Assembly (NCBI GenBank): GCA_964388115.1
Contig: CAYLYK010000006.1
Span: 10,001-74,000 of the forward strand
Source of the DNA: an uncultured Hyphomicrobiales bacterium
GTDB taxonomy: Bacteria > Pseudomonadota > Alphaproteobacteria > Reyranellales > JAQSWP01
DNA length: 64,000 bases
Direction: 5' to 3'
Shown: positions 1-9,587 of the stretch, one piece after another
Numbering within the stretch: position 1 is the first letter of the stretch
Layout of the letters: the number at the start of each line of letters is the position of its first letter
Made by a program: the position numbers and the translations under genes
Notes under the pieces: model-generated
The model's input: the letters and a program-made list of their open reading frames with translations, nothing else
Told to the model about the DNA's origin: nothing
Database searches by the model: none

Positions 1-581
1 TCAAGGGTTTCTCGGTGGCGCAGAAGCTCGACAAGCTCGGCATGCGCGGCTCCAACACCGGCGAGCTGGTGTTCCAGGATTGCGAAGTGCCGGCCGAGAA
101 CGTGCTGAACGACGTCGGCAAGGGCGTCAACGTCCTGATGAGCGGGCTTGATTACGAGCGCGCCGTTTTGGCCGCCGGCCCGCTTGGCATCATGCAGGCC
201 TGCATGGATGTGGTGCTGCCCTATATTCACGAGCGCAAGCAGTTCGGCCAGTCGATCGGCGAATTCCAGCTCGTGCAGGGCAAGATCGCCGACATGTACA
301 CGACCATGAACGCTTGCAAGGCCTATGTGTACTCGGTCGCCAGGGCCTGCGATGCCGGCAAGACCACGCGCTATGACGCGGCCGGCGCCATCCTCTATGC
401 CGCCGAGAAGGCGACGTTGGTGGCGCTCGATGCCATCCAGTTGCTGGGCGGCAACGGCTACATCAACGACTACCCGACCGGCCGTCTGTTGCGCGACGCA
501 AAGCTCTATGAGATCGGCGCCGGCACCTCGGAAATCCGCCGCATGCTGATCGGCCGCGAGCTGTTCCAGCAGACGGCTTGA
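1..581 (+). CDS. liuA: Isovaleryl-CoA dehydrogenase, C-terminal part (5' end outside window; reading phase starts at nt 3)
   Basis: Translation from nt 3 reads [24 protein letters not shown]...[20 protein letters not shown]. This is colinear with the middle and C-terminal acyl-CoA dehydrogenase domains of IVD. Stop at 579-581. Confidence 0.93.
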   Translation, partial: KGFSVAQKLDKLGMRGSNTGELVFQDCEVPAENVLNDVGKGVNVLMSGLDYERAVLAAGPLGIMQACMDVVLPYIHERKQFGQSIGEFQLVQGKIADMYTTMNACKAYVYSVARACDAGKTTRYDAAGAILYAAEKATLVALDAIQLLGGNGYINDYPTGRLLRDAKLYEIGAGTSEIRRMLIGRELFQQTA

Positions 582-668
582 GAACGCTCACAAGGTTTTG
601 TTGAACGACTGACAACCTCGGGGGTTTAAACTCCTCTCTGCGGACAAGCGCGTCCGCGGGGAGGAAAT

Positions 669-1079
669 ATGCCTGAAATCAATTATCTGGCCGTGCTGGT
701 AGCGGGGGTCGCCACCTGGATCATTGGCGCGCTGTGGTATTCGCCGGTTCTCTTCGCCAAGCCGTGGATGGCCGGCCATGGCTACACGCCGGAAAAAATG
801 GAAAGCATGAAGGCCGGCATGATGCGTGCCTTCATCGGCTCGTTCATCTGCTACTTGGTGACGGCCGCGGTGCTGGCTGTCCTCATCGCGATGACCAACA
901 GCGTCGGCATCGCGCCCGGCATCAAGCTCGGCGTGTTGTGCTGGCTGGGTTTCTCAGCGGCGCTTTTCCTGGCGCAGAATCTCTACTCCGACAAACCGCT
1001 CAAGGTTTTCCTGATCGACACGGGCTATCACCTGGTGTTCCTGATCGTGATGGGGGCCATCCTCGGCGCCTGGCGTTAG
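669..1079 (+). CDS. DUF1761-type small integral membrane protein
   Basis: 136 aa with about 4 hydrophobic helices. The N-terminus MPEINYLAVLVAGVATWIIGALWYSP is typical of DUF1761. GGGGAGGAA SD just upstream of the ATG. Confidence 0.72.
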   Translation: MPEINYLAVLVAGVATWIIGALWYSPVLFAKPWMAGHGYTPEKMESMKAGMMRAFIGSFICYLVTAAVLAVLIAMTNSVGIAPGIKLGVLCWLGFSAALFLAQNLYSDKPLKVFLIDTGYHLVFLIVMGAILGAWR

Positions 1080-1390
1080 GCTGGCGGCGCCTCACCGTTG
1101 GACATCACCAGCCGGTAGTGCTCGACGGTGGGGAACGGGTCATAGAAATGATGCAGCAGCGCCCGCCAGCGCTGGTATTCGGCTGAGCCGCGGAAACCCA
1201 CCGTGTGGTCTTCCAGCGTCTGCCACCACACCAGCAGCACGAAGCGCTGCCCGTTCTCCAGGCATTCCTGGAGCTGGTGCGCGATGTAGCCCTTCATGCC
1301 GGCGATAATGCCGCTCGCCTCGCGAAAAGCGGCCTGGAAAGCCTCGCGCTGGCCCGGTTTTACGTCGAGGGTGGCGACTTCGAGGATCAT
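1076..1390 (-). CDS. Antibiotic-biosynthesis-monooxygenase (ABM/Dabb fold) domain protein
   Basis: About 104 aa from ATG 1390 (MILEVATLDVKPGQREAFQAAF...LLVWWQTLEDHTVGFRGSAEYQRW), a typical ABM pattern. The upstream extension to 1450 has no support. Confidence 0.7.
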   Translation of the reverse strand: MILEVATLDVKPGQREAFQAAFREASGIIAGMKGYIAHQLQECLENGQRFVLLVWWQTLEDHTVGFRGSAEYQRWRALLHHFYDPFPTVEHYRLVMSNGEAPPA

Positions 1391-1479
1391 GGCGGCTTTC
1401 CTTCTGGCACATGGCGGGACCCTTGCCGTCCCGGCCATCGGGTCTATCATACCGGCCGCCGCAAAGCGGGAGGAAAAAC

Positions 1480-2274
1480 ATGAGCCAGGCGCGCATGAGC
1501 GTGGCGAAAACCGGCAAGAGCGGGGCTGCCCGTTTCTCCGAAGCCGAATGGAAAGTCCGACTGGACCTGGCCGCCTGCTACCGGCTGGTGCATCGCTTCG
1601 GCATGACCGACCTGATCTACAACCACATCACGGCCAAGATCCCGGGCAGCGATCACCATTACCTGATCAATCCCTATGGCCACTACTATTCGGAGATCAC
1701 CGCCTCGAGCCTGGTGCGCATCGACCTCGACGGCAACATCCTCGATGAGGACACGCCTTACGAGATCAATCCGGCCGGCTACGTGATCCATAGTGCCATC
1801 CATGGCGGACGGCCCGACCTGCAATGCGTGATCCATACCCACAGCCGCGCCGGTGTCGTCGTATCGGCTTTGGAAGAGGGGCTGATCCCCATCGCCCAGG
1901 GCGGCTTCCAGTTCTATAACCGGATCGCCTACCACAATTACGAAGGCTTCGCCGTCGACGAGAACGAACGCAAGAGCCTGGTCAGGGATCTGGGCACGCG
2001 CAACACGATGATTCTGCGCAACCACGGCCTGTTGACCTGCGGCCGCAGCGTCTCTGAAGCTTTCCGCCTTATGTACTATCTTGAGCAGGCCTGCCGTCTG
2101 CAGGTCGAGATGATGGCGACCGGCGGCCGCCTGAAATTGCCGCCGCCCGAGGTCATGGAGCACACCGCCCAGCAATGGGAAGGCGGCGCCGCCAATATCG
2201 GCACCGTCGAGAGTCGCGAATGGCCGGCGCTGTTGCGCCTGCTCGACAAGGACGATCCGTCCTGGCGCAACTGA
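1480..2274 (+). CDS. Class II aldolase/adducin family protein
   Basis: 264 aa. Motifs: RLDLAACYRLVHRFGMTDLIYNHITAK...VIHTHSRAGV...LRNHGLLTCG. AGGAAAAAC SD before ATG 1480. Confidence 0.85.
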   Translation: MSQARMSVAKTGKSGAARFSEAEWKVRLDLAACYRLVHRFGMTDLIYNHITAKIPGSDHHYLINPYGHYYSEITASSLVRIDLDGNILDEDTPYEINPAGYVIHSAIHGGRPDLQCVIHTHSRAGVVVSALEEGLIPIAQGGFQFYNRIAYHNYEGFAVDENERKSLVRDLGTRNTMILRNHGLLTCGRSVSEAFRLMYYLEQACRLQVEMMATGGRLKLPPPEVMEHTAQQWEGGAANIGTVESREWPALLRLLDKDDPSWRN

Positions 2275-2305
2275 GCCAGAGATATTTCTGTAAGGAGTAG
2301 AGAAG

Positions 2306-3481
2306 ATGAGCAGCGATCCGATCGTAATCGTGGGCGCCGCCCGCACGCCGATGGGAGGCTTCCAGGGCAGCCTGAAGGACATGCTGGCGCCCCAGCTTGG
2401 CACCATCGCCATCAAGGCGGCGCTGGAGCGCGCCGGCGTGAAGGCCGATCAGGTGGACGAGGTGATCATGGGCTGCGTACTGCCGGCCGGGCAGGGCCAG
2501 GCGCCGGCGCGGCAGGCCTCGCTGGGCGCGGGCATTCCCGATACGGTTGGAGCGACCACCATCAATAAGATGTGCGGCTCGGGCATGAAGGCCGCCATGC
2601 TGGCGCACGACCTGATCGCGGCGGGCACCAACAAGATCATGGTGGCCGGCGGCATGGAGAGCATGACCAACGCGCCCTACCTGCTGGAGAAGGCGCGCGG
2701 CGGCTATCGGCTGGGCCATGGCCGCGTGGTCGATCATATGTTCCTCGACGGTCTGGAAGACGCCTACGACAAGGGCCGCCTGATGGGCACCTTCGCCGAG
2801 GACGCGGCGCAGAAATTCCAGTTCACCCGCAAGCAGCAAGACGATTTCGCCATCGCCTCGCTGACCCGGGCGCAGAACGCCATCAAGGACGGGACCTTCG
2901 ACAAGGAAACCACGCCGGTCGCGCTCAAGGGCGAACAGGTGACGCAGGACGAGCAGCCGATGAAGGCGCGTCTCGACAAGATCCCGACCTTGAAGCCCGC
3001 TTTCCGGGCCGACGGCACGGTGACGCCGGCCAATTCCAGCTCGATCTCCGATGGCGGCGCGGCGCTGATCATGATGCGCCGGTCGGAAGCCGAGAAGCGC
3101 GGCCTGAAACCGCTGGCCGTCATCCACGGCCATACGACCTTTGCCGGCAAGCCGTCGGATTTCCCGACTGCGCCGATCGGCTCCATCCAGAAGCTTTACG
3201 AGAAGACGGGCTGGAGCAAGAAGGACGTCGATCTGTGGGAGATCAACGAGGCCTTTGCCGTCGTTACGATGGCGGCAATGCGCGAGCTCGATTTGCCGCA
3301 CGACAAGGTCAACGTGCATGGCGGCGCCTGCGCCCTGGGCCATCCTATCGGCGCTTCCGGTGCGCGCATTCTGGTGACATTGATGAACGCGCTCGAGAAG
3401 TACGGGCTGAAGCGTGGCGTCGCCTCGCTCTGCATCGGCGGCGGCGAAGCCACTGCCATGGCCATCGAACGTGTGCACTGA
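2306..3481 (+). CDS. Acetyl-CoA C-acetyltransferase (thiolase II)
   Basis: 391 aa. Thiolase signatures NKMCGSGMKA (active Cys), NVHGGACALGHPIGASGARIL and CIGGGEATAM. AAGGAG SD upstream. Confidence 0.95.
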   Translation: MSSDPIVIVGAARTPMGGFQGSLKDMLAPQLGTIAIKAALERAGVKADQVDEVIMGCVLPAGQGQAPARQASLGAGIPDTVGATTINKMCGSGMKAAMLAHDLIAAGTNKIMVAGGMESMTNAPYLLEKARGGYRLGHGRVVDHMFLDGLEDAYDKGRLMGTFAEDAAQKFQFTRKQQDDFAIASLTRAQNAIKDGTFDKETTPVALKGEQVTQDEQPMKARLDKIPTLKPAFRADGTVTPANSSSISDGGAALIMMRRSEAEKRGLKPLAVIHGHTTFAGKPSDFPTAPIGSIQKLYEKTGWSKKDVDLWEINEAFAVVTMAAMRELDLPHDKVNVHGGACALGHPIGASGARILVTLMNALEKYGLKRGVASLCIGGGEATAMAIERVH

Positions 3482-3484
3482 AAC

Positions 3485-3868
3485 ATGCGACGGCTGATTT
3501 CCTCCGGTTCGGATTTCGAAAAGGTCGCGGGCTACTCGCGGGCGGTTGTCGACGGCGACATGATCTTCGTCGCCGGCACCACCGGCTTTGACTATGACCG
3601 CATGACCATCGTCGATGACCCCATCGAGCAGACGCATCAATGCTTTCGCAACATCGCCAAGGCCCTGGCAGAGGCTGGATCGAGTCTCGATGATGCAGTG
3701 CGCGCGACTTACTACCTGAGCGATGCCGCCTTGTTCGAGAAAGTCGCCCCGATATTTGGCCAGTATTTCGCCAAGGCGCGGCCGGCGGCGACGGCGCTGG
3801 TTTGCCAGCTGGTCGATCCGCGCATGAAAATCGAGATCGAAGTTACCGCCCGCAAAAGACAGGGATAG
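3485..3868 (+). CDS. RidA/YjgF/endoribonuclease L-PSP family protein
   Basis: 127 aa with a YjgF-like pattern (YSRAVVDGDMIFVAGTTG...RPAATALVCQLVDPRMKIEIEVTA). Starts 3 nt after the thiolase stop. Confidence 0.85.
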   Translation: MRRLISSGSDFEKVAGYSRAVVDGDMIFVAGTTGFDYDRMTIVDDPIEQTHQCFRNIAKALAEAGSSLDDAVRATYYLSDAALFEKVAPIFGQYFAKARPAATALVCQLVDPRMKIEIEVTARKRQG

Positions 3869-3870
3869 AA

Positions 3871-4551
3871 ATGCCGACAGTCATGATTACCGGCGCCAGT
3901 CGTGGCATCGGCCTCGAATTCGTCCGCCAATACGCCGCCGCGGGATGGAAGGTGCTGGCCTGCTGCCGCAAGCCCGGCACCGCGACTGACCTCAACAAGA
4001 TTACCGGCGATGTGTCGCTGTTCGCGCTCGACGTAGACGACGATGCCAACATCGCCAGCCTGGCCAAACAGCTCAAGTCGGTGCCGATCGACGTGCTGAT
4101 CAACAATGCCGGGATTTCCAAGCTTGAGGCCAGCACGCTGGGCCAAATCTCGAGCGAGGTGTGGTTGCAGGTGTTCCGCACCAACACAATCGCGCCGCTG
4201 AAGATGGCGGAGGCTTTCCTGCCCAATATGGAAGCGGGCAAGGAGAAGAAGCTGATCGCCATTTCCAGCCGGCTGGGCAGCATCGAGCTCAACGAAGGAG
4301 GCCGCTATTCCTATCGTTCCAGCAAAGCAGCGCTGAACTCGGCCTGGAAGAGCCTGGCCGGGGATACGGCGGGGAAGGGCATGATTTGCGTCGTGTTCCA
4401 TCCCGGCTGGGTGCAGACCGACATGGGCGGCAAGGCAGCGCCAGTGACGCCGCCGCAAAGCGTCGCCGGGATGATGAAGGTGATCGGCAGTCTGACGAAG
4501 AAGGACAACGGCACCTTCCGCAATTTCGACGGCGATACGCTGCCCTGGTAA
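3871..4551 (+). CDS. Short-chain dehydrogenase/reductase (SDR) family oxidoreductase
   Basis: Cofactor motif ITGASRGIG and catalytic YRSSKAA (YxxxK). Start taken at ATG 3871 (MPTVMITG), 2 nt after the RidA stop. Confidence 0.9.
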   Translation: MPTVMITGASRGIGLEFVRQYAAAGWKVLACCRKPGTATDLNKITGDVSLFALDVDDDANIASLAKQLKSVPIDVLINNAGISKLEASTLGQISSEVWLQVFRTNTIAPLKMAEAFLPNMEAGKEKKLIAISSRLGSIELNEGGRYSYRSSKAALNSAWKSLAGDTAGKGMICVVFHPGWVQTDMGGKAAPVTPPQSVAGMMKVIGSLTKKDNGTFRNFDGDTLPW

Positions 4552-4557
4552 ACGAAG

Positions 4558-5691
4558 ATGATCCTCAGCGAAGAACAGACGATGATCCGCGACATGGCGC
4601 GCCAGTTCGCGCAGGATCGGCTGGCGCCGGCCAATGGATTCGAGGCCGAGGGCGCATTTCCGTCGGAAATCATCGCCGAAATGGGGCAGCTAGGGTTGTT
4701 GGGCATGACGGTGCCGACCGAATGGGGCGGCGCTGGCGTCGATATGGTTTCCTACGTGCTGGCGCTCGAGGAGATCGCGGCCGGCTGCGGCGCCATGTCG
4801 ACCCTGATGAGCGTCAACAATTCGCCGGTAGCGGCGGCGGTCAATGCGTACGGCACGCCGGCCCAGAAGAAGAAGTTCCTGGTGCCGCTGGCGCAGGGCA
4901 AGGTCATCGGCGCCTTTTGCCTGACCGAGCCGCAGGCCGGCTCCGACGCTTCCGCCCTGAAGACGCGCGCGGTGCGTGACGGCGATCATTTCGTCTTGAA
5001 CGGCACCAAGCAATTCATCACCTCGGGCAGGATCGCGGGCTTCGCACTGGTCTTCGCCGTTACCGATGCGGCGGCGGGCAAGAAGGGCATTTCCTGTTTC
5101 ATCGTACCGACCGATACGCCGGGCTATGTCGTGGCCTCGACCGAACGCAAGCTGGGCCAGCGCGCCTCCGATACCTGCCAGATCGTGTTCGAGAATTGCC
5201 GCGTGCCGGCCGATTACATGCTGGGCGGCGAGGGCGAAGGCTATCGCATCGCGCTGGCCAATCTGGAAACTGGCCGCATCGGCATCGCCGCGCAGTCAAT
5301 CGGGATGGCGCGGGCGGCCTTCGAGGCGGCGCGGGCCTATGCCGGCGAGCGCCAGGCTTTCGGCACTGCCATCGTCAACCATCAGGCTGTGGCCTTTCGT
5401 CTGGCCGACATGGCGACCAAGATCGCCGTGGCGCGGCAGATGGCGCTGCATGCGGCGGAGTTGAAACAGGCGGGGCGGCCGTGCCTGACTGAAGCGGCCA
5501 TGGCCAAGGTCTTCGCCTCCGAGATGGCGGAAGAGGTTTGCAGCGCCGCCATCCAGATCCATGGCGGTTACGGCTATGTCGAAGGTTATCCGGTGGAGCG
5601 CATCTATCGCGACGTGCGGGTGTGCCAGATCTACGAGGGCACCAGCGATGTGCAGCGCCTGATCATTGCGCGCGGTTTGCCGGCGATCTGA
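4558..5691 (+). CDS. Acyl-CoA dehydrogenase, short/branched-chain type
   Basis: 377 aa, colinear with ACADs ([13 protein letters not shown]...[40 protein letters not shown]). Confidence 0.93.
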   Translation: MILSEEQTMIRDMARQFAQDRLAPANGFEAEGAFPSEIIAEMGQLGLLGMTVPTEWGGAGVDMVSYVLALEEIAAGCGAMSTLMSVNNSPVAAAVNAYGTPAQKKKFLVPLAQGKVIGAFCLTEPQAGSDASALKTRAVRDGDHFVLNGTKQFITSGRIAGFALVFAVTDAAAGKKGISCFIVPTDTPGYVVASTERKLGQRASDTCQIVFENCRVPADYMLGGEGEGYRIALANLETGRIGIAAQSIGMARAAFEAARAYAGERQAFGTAIVNHQAVAFRLADMATKIAVARQMALHAAELKQAGRPCLTEAAMAKVFASEMAEEVCSAAIQIHGGYGYVEGYPVERIYRDVRVCQIYEGTSDVQRLIIARGLPAI

Positions 5692-5702
5692 CGACCAGAC
5701 GA

Positions 5703-6656
5703 TTACTCGGCCGTCAGGCGGCGGAAGATTGCCAGATCGACGTTCGAGCCGGTATGGACCAGGGCCACCCGCTTGCCGGCCATACGTTCCCGCTCCTTGA
5801 TCAATGCCGCCAATGGCGCCGCCGCGGCAGGCTCGGCGAGGTTATGCGTATCGGTGTAGTAATGACGCATGGCCATGGCGATCTCGTCTTCCTCCACCTC
5901 GACAATGCGCGCCGCGCCACCGCAGATGATCTCGACCGCCTGCGGGTCGGGGACGCGGACCGCCAGGCCGTCGGCAACCGTATCGGCGCTGTTGGTGGCG
6001 ATCGGATTGCCGGCGGCGAATGAGTGGGCATAGCAGGGGGCCCGCGCCGCTACGACGCCGATGACTTCAGTGCGTGGGGACATTAGATCGCGCGCGGCGA
6101 TGGTGGCGCAGATGCCGCTGCCCAGCCCGATCGGCACATAGACAGCGTCGAGTTCTGCATGGGCGTCGAACATTTCCAGCCCATAGCTGGCGACGCCATC
6201 CACCAGATCGCGATGGAACGATGGCACACGGGAAAGACCGTCGCGTCGCGCGATTTCCTGCGCCTGCTCGGTGGCGGCCTGAAAATCATGGCCATGGACG
6301 ACCAGTTCGGCTCCCAGGGCTGCCATGGCGGCATTCTTTTCCGTCGAGTTGCCCTCAGGAACGACAATCACGGCCCGCAGGCCATTGCGCGAGGCGGCAA
6401 AGGCCATGCTCTGGCCGTGATTGCCGCGCGTTGCCGAAACGATGCCCAGTATATCAGGTCGATCCGCTTTCAGCCGCGCCAGATAGTTCAACCCGCCGCG
6501 CACCTTGAAAGCGCCCAGCGGAGTGTGATTCTCGTGCTTGACCCAGGTTTCGACGCCGGTGCGCTTGCACAACAACGGCCAGCGATGCAGCGGTGTCGGC
6601 GGCATCACGCGATGGATATCTCGCGCGATGCCGCGCAGGTATTCCAGCCGGGGCAC
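5703..6656 (-). CDS. PLP-dependent threonine/serine dehydratase family enzyme
   Basis: 317 aa with a GTG start. PLP-lysine motif GAFKVRG, then SATRGNHGQS and IGLGSGICA, typical of the Trp-synthase-beta fold II dehydratases. Confidence 0.85.
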   Translation of the reverse strand: MPRLEYLRGIARDIHRVMPPTPLHRWPLLCKRTGVETWVKHENHTPLGAFKVRGGLNYLARLKADRPDILGIVSATRGNHGQSMAFAASRNGLRAVIVVPEGNSTEKNAAMAALGAELVVHGHDFQAATEQAQEIARRDGLSRVPSFHRDLVDGVASYGLEMFDAHAELDAVYVPIGLGSGICATIAARDLMSPRTEVIGVVAARAPCYAHSFAAGNPIATNSADTVADGLAVRVPDPQAVEIICGGAARIVEVEEDEIAMAMRHYYTDTHNLAEPAAAAPLAALIKERERMAGKRVALVHTGSNVDLAIFRRLTAE

Positions 6657-6671
6657 GCTAGCGCAGGCGCC

Positions 6672-7385
6672 CTAATCTTGGGGAGGCGGAGCGCCCCCCG
6701 ACTTGCCGCGAAGCTGATCGCGCAACTGGTCGCGCCGATCCTGGCCCGGTGTGACGTTGCCGCTGCCGAGATCGACGATCGGCTGCAGCAGGGCGATCTG
6801 GCGTTCGTTCAAGGAGTTAGTAATGGTTTGGCCCTGATTGTTGGGCCGGATAACCAGCACCTGCCCGGGGCGGATAAGGGCGGTTTCCTGCCGCGCCAGC
6901 GTCGTGAACACGATGCCGCCTTCAAGCACGCGAACGGTTACGCTGAGGTCGAGGTCGATGATCAACTCGAAAATCGTGCCGCGCACGCCGATCGAGCCAG
7001 CCGGCGTCTTGATCTCGTAGGCCTGGCTGGGGAGGCTGCCGCTGACGAAGCGGAAAACGCCACGCACGGCGGTCATCGTCACCGTACCGGTGCTCTTGCC
7101 TGGATCGTAAACGAAACGATCCAGCGTCACCCGCGAGTTGGGGCCGACCGTCAGCACCGTCTCGTCGAGGAACAGCAGCTGGCCCTTGCCGCGATCGCCG
7201 GTCTCGACGACCTCGTCCTTGTACACCTTGTCGCCCTGGCCGATGACGCGCCGGTTCTGCGACACGGTGCCTTCCATCTTGTCGACGACGGTGGCGGCGA
7301 CGCCGATATTCGGCGTCGTCTGGGCCAAGGCGGGCAGAGGCAAAAGGCCGAGAACGATCGAGGCGACGGCGAAAGACTTACGCAT
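6672..7385 (-). CDS. Secreted FecR-domain protein (paralogue B)
   Basis: 237 aa from ATG 7385 (GGAGAG SD). Signal peptide MRKSFAVASIVLGLLPLPALA/Q with no lipobox Cys. FecR-like core GVFRFVSGSLPSQAYEIKTPAGSIGVRGTIF. Confidence 0.8.
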   Translation of the reverse strand: MRKSFAVASIVLGLLPLPALAQTTPNIGVAATVVDKMEGTVSQNRRVIGQGDKVYKDEVVETGDRGKGQLLFLDETVLTVGPNSRVTLDRFVYDPGKSTGTVTMTAVRGVFRFVSGSLPSQAYEIKTPAGSIGVRGTIFELIIDLDLSVTVRVLEGGIVFTTLARQETALIRPGQVLVIRPNNQGQTITNSLNERQIALLQPIVDLGSGNVTPGQDRRDQLRDQLRGKSGGAPPPQD

Positions 7386-7475
7386 GGCAAGCTCTCCATC
7401 TGATGAGCATGCTCGAGGTGGGGCGGAGCTGCAGGAACTTCCAGTCCCGTCGGAGCATACTGTGAACGGCTTCAC

Positions 7476-7503
7476 AATGAAAACGGGCGGCACAAGGCCG
7501 CCC
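7476..7503 (-). terminator. Candidate rho-independent terminator after FecR paralogue A
   Basis: On the minus strand, GGGCGGC-CTTGT-GCCGCCC is followed by GTTTTCATT. It lies 29 nt downstream of the stop at 7532. Confidence 0.45.
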
Positions 7504-7531
7504 GCTGTCGGAGTCTTGGGCTCGCGCCGGT

Positions 7532-8290
7532 CTAGTCACTATCCGGATAGCACTCGTAGCAGGGCTCGTAGCCGCCATCGGAATATCCGCTGGCCTTGCC
7601 GCGCAAGATGCTGCGCAGCTTGCGGACGCGGTCCTGCTCAAAGAATTCCGGGACCGTGGCTCCGGTCTTGGACGGATCGAGCAGCGGCGCCAAAAGCGCG
7701 ATCTGCCAGGCAGCGGCCTTGCTGTAGATCTCCGGCTGGCCACCGGGACGAATCACCAGCACCTGACCCGGTCGGTTGACGTTGAAGTTGCCGAACAACG
7801 TGGCCGCGACGAAGCTGCCTTCGCCGTTCCAGAAGAACGCTGTGCCGTCGGGCAGCAGGCCGATCAGAATGATCGTTCCGCGAACGCCGATCGTCGCCGC
7901 CGGCGTCTTGATTTCGTAGGCCTGGCTGGGCAGGCTGCCGGAAATGAATCGGAACACGCCCTTGGTGGCGTTCAGCGACACCGTGGAACTGCCCTGCGGG
8001 TTATAGACGAACTGGTCGAGCTTGACCTCCGAGTCTGGACCAATGGTCAGGCTGGTCTCGTCGCGGAACAGCAGCTGGCCCTTGCTCTCGCTGCCGGTGC
8101 GGATCAACTCGTTCTGGAACACTCGGTCGCCGGTCTTCTTCGTCGTCGTCTGCGGTCCCACCGTGCCTTCGACCTTGTTTACGACCGTAGCCGCAACGCC
8201 GATATCGGCAGTCTGCGTCTGGGCCGACAATCCCGTGGCCAGCGCCGATACGGCGACAGCGAGGGTGGTGGCGATGATGATCTTGCGCAT
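7532..8290 (-). CDS. Secreted FecR-domain protein (paralogue A)
   Basis: 252 aa. Signal peptide MRKIIIATTLAVAVSALATGLSA/Q. FecR-like core GVFRFISGSLPSQAYEIKTPAATIGVRGTI. The ATG overlaps the upstream stop (TAATG). Confidence 0.85.
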   Translation of the reverse strand: MRKIIIATTLAVAVSALATGLSAQTQTADIGVAATVVNKVEGTVGPQTTTKKTGDRVFQNELIRTGSESKGQLLFRDETSLTIGPDSEVKLDQFVYNPQGSSTVSLNATKGVFRFISGSLPSQAYEIKTPAATIGVRGTIILIGLLPDGTAFFWNGEGSFVAATLFGNFNVNRPGQVLVIRPGGQPEIYSKAAAWQIALLAPLLDPSKTGATVPEFFEQDRVRKLRSILRGKASGYSDGGYEPCYECYPDSD

Positions 8291-9492
8291 TAGAAATCCA
8301 CGTAGAAGTTCAGACTGATACGGTGATTCGTATAGTCGCGTCCGCTGTTGCCGCCGGTGTTGTTGTAGTTGGAAAAGTTCCGGTCATACATGTAGCCGAG
8401 GACGGCGGTGTAGTTGTCGTACATGCCGATCAAGCGCAGGGCGGGGGCCAGGCGAATGTCCGTGCGCTCCTTGGTGCGGCCCGGTTCGTTCCCGTCGTAG
8501 TCGCGAAACTGCGCCGTCACTTCGGGATTCAAATAGACATTGCCGACGCCGCCGGAGAAGGAGAACAGGCTCACCGCATAGGACAAGGTCACGCCCGCCT
8601 GCATGAAGGAGAATCGTGCTTTATCGGCGTCGTTCCAGATAAAGGACGGCCTGACTTCAATGCCGTCGGTCTTGCCGAATACATTGTCCCAGCCAATGCG
8701 GGCGGAAAGGCCGAACACGACGGCATCCCGGCCTTTTTCGGCGTTGAAAGCCCCGCTCGAGTTGTTTTTGCTGAAATCGGCATAGGAAACGGCAGCGGTC
8801 ACGCTGCGCAGCGGGTCCGTGCCCTTGGTCTCGACAGTGGCGCCGACGCCGGCCGAATAGAACAGAAAGTCGTAATCGGCAAAGCCCGTTTCCGCAGAAA
8901 CGAACGTGTGCATGCGCCAGCCATTCTCGAACAGCCAAACCGGACCGGTGCTGGCGTTGCCGTAGAGAAAGTCGGAGCTGCCGGTGCGCGCGTGCGCATC
9001 GCCGTAAAGCTGAACGGAGGAGCGCCACAACTGGCTACCGAAACGGCGGTCATCGTCGACACGGAACGTGACGATGCCCGAGAAATCGCTGCGGCCGTTG
9101 CCATCGTTGAGATTCGTATTGCTCTCCCACTGGCCGCCGAAGCCGACTTGGAAGCGGGTCTGGGCGGGCTCAAGCAGCGCCTTGATGCGCTCGTACTCGC
9201 CGCGCGCCTGGGAATTGCTGGGGTCGTTCAGCACCATGCGCTCGTAGGCCGACAGCGCCTTGCGCAGCTCGCCCCGACGCTCGGCTTCCTTGGCGTAGCG
9301 AAGATTCGCAGCCGCATCGGTTGGATTGGAGATCACCTGTCGGAACAATTCCTGCAGGTCGGCGGTCTGTTGTGCAGCAGCCGGCGTCCATGCGGCAGCC
9401 GTCAGCGCGGCTGCAAAAGCCAGACCCAGGCCAAATTTAGCCCCGGATCCGACCCACGCCGTTGCCTGCGGCGAATTAGCGAACTGAAACAA
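8290..9492 (-). CDS. Outer-membrane protein: signal peptide + TPR-like segment + about 14-strand beta-barrel (Slam/DUF560-like candidate)
   Basis: 400 aa with a signal peptide ending AAWTPAAA/QQ. The helical segment AANLRYAKEAERRGELRKALSAYERMVLNDPSNSQARGEYERIKALL is TPR-like. About 300 aa of alternating strand-like segments follow. The C-terminal beta-signal is ISLNFYVDF. Family assignment is by architecture only. Confidence 0.8.
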   Translation of the reverse strand: MFQFANSPQATAWVGSGAKFGLGLAFAAALTAAAWTPAAAQQTADLQELFRQVISNPTDAAANLRYAKEAERRGELRKALSAYERMVLNDPSNSQARGEYERIKALLEPAQTRFQVGFGGQWESNTNLNDGNGRSDFSGIVTFRVDDDRRFGSQLWRSSVQLYGDAHARTGSSDFLYGNASTGPVWLFENGWRMHTFVSAETGFADYDFLFYSAGVGATVETKGTDPLRSVTAAVSYADFSKNNSSGAFNAEKGRDAVVFGLSARIGWDNVFGKTDGIEVRPSFIWNDADKARFSFMQAGVTLSYAVSLFSFSGGVGNVYLNPEVTAQFRDYDGNEPGRTKERTDIRLAPALRLIGMYDNYTAVLGYMYDRNFSNYNNTGGNSGRDYTNHRISLNFYVDF

Positions 9493-9587
9493 AGCCCTTA
9501 CCCCCTGACCGGAAGCCTCTCCTGCCAGCAGAATAGGCGCTGGCTGTCCGTGGAAGCCGGTTGCATTTACGGACTGAGCAGGCAGAA

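Noticed and set aside
2153-3640. 495-aa minus-strand ORF covering the thiolase gene
   Set aside because: It is antisense to a gene with unambiguous thiolase motifs. Its composition is Arg/Ala/Gly-rich with no motifs, typical of high-GC shadow ORFs.
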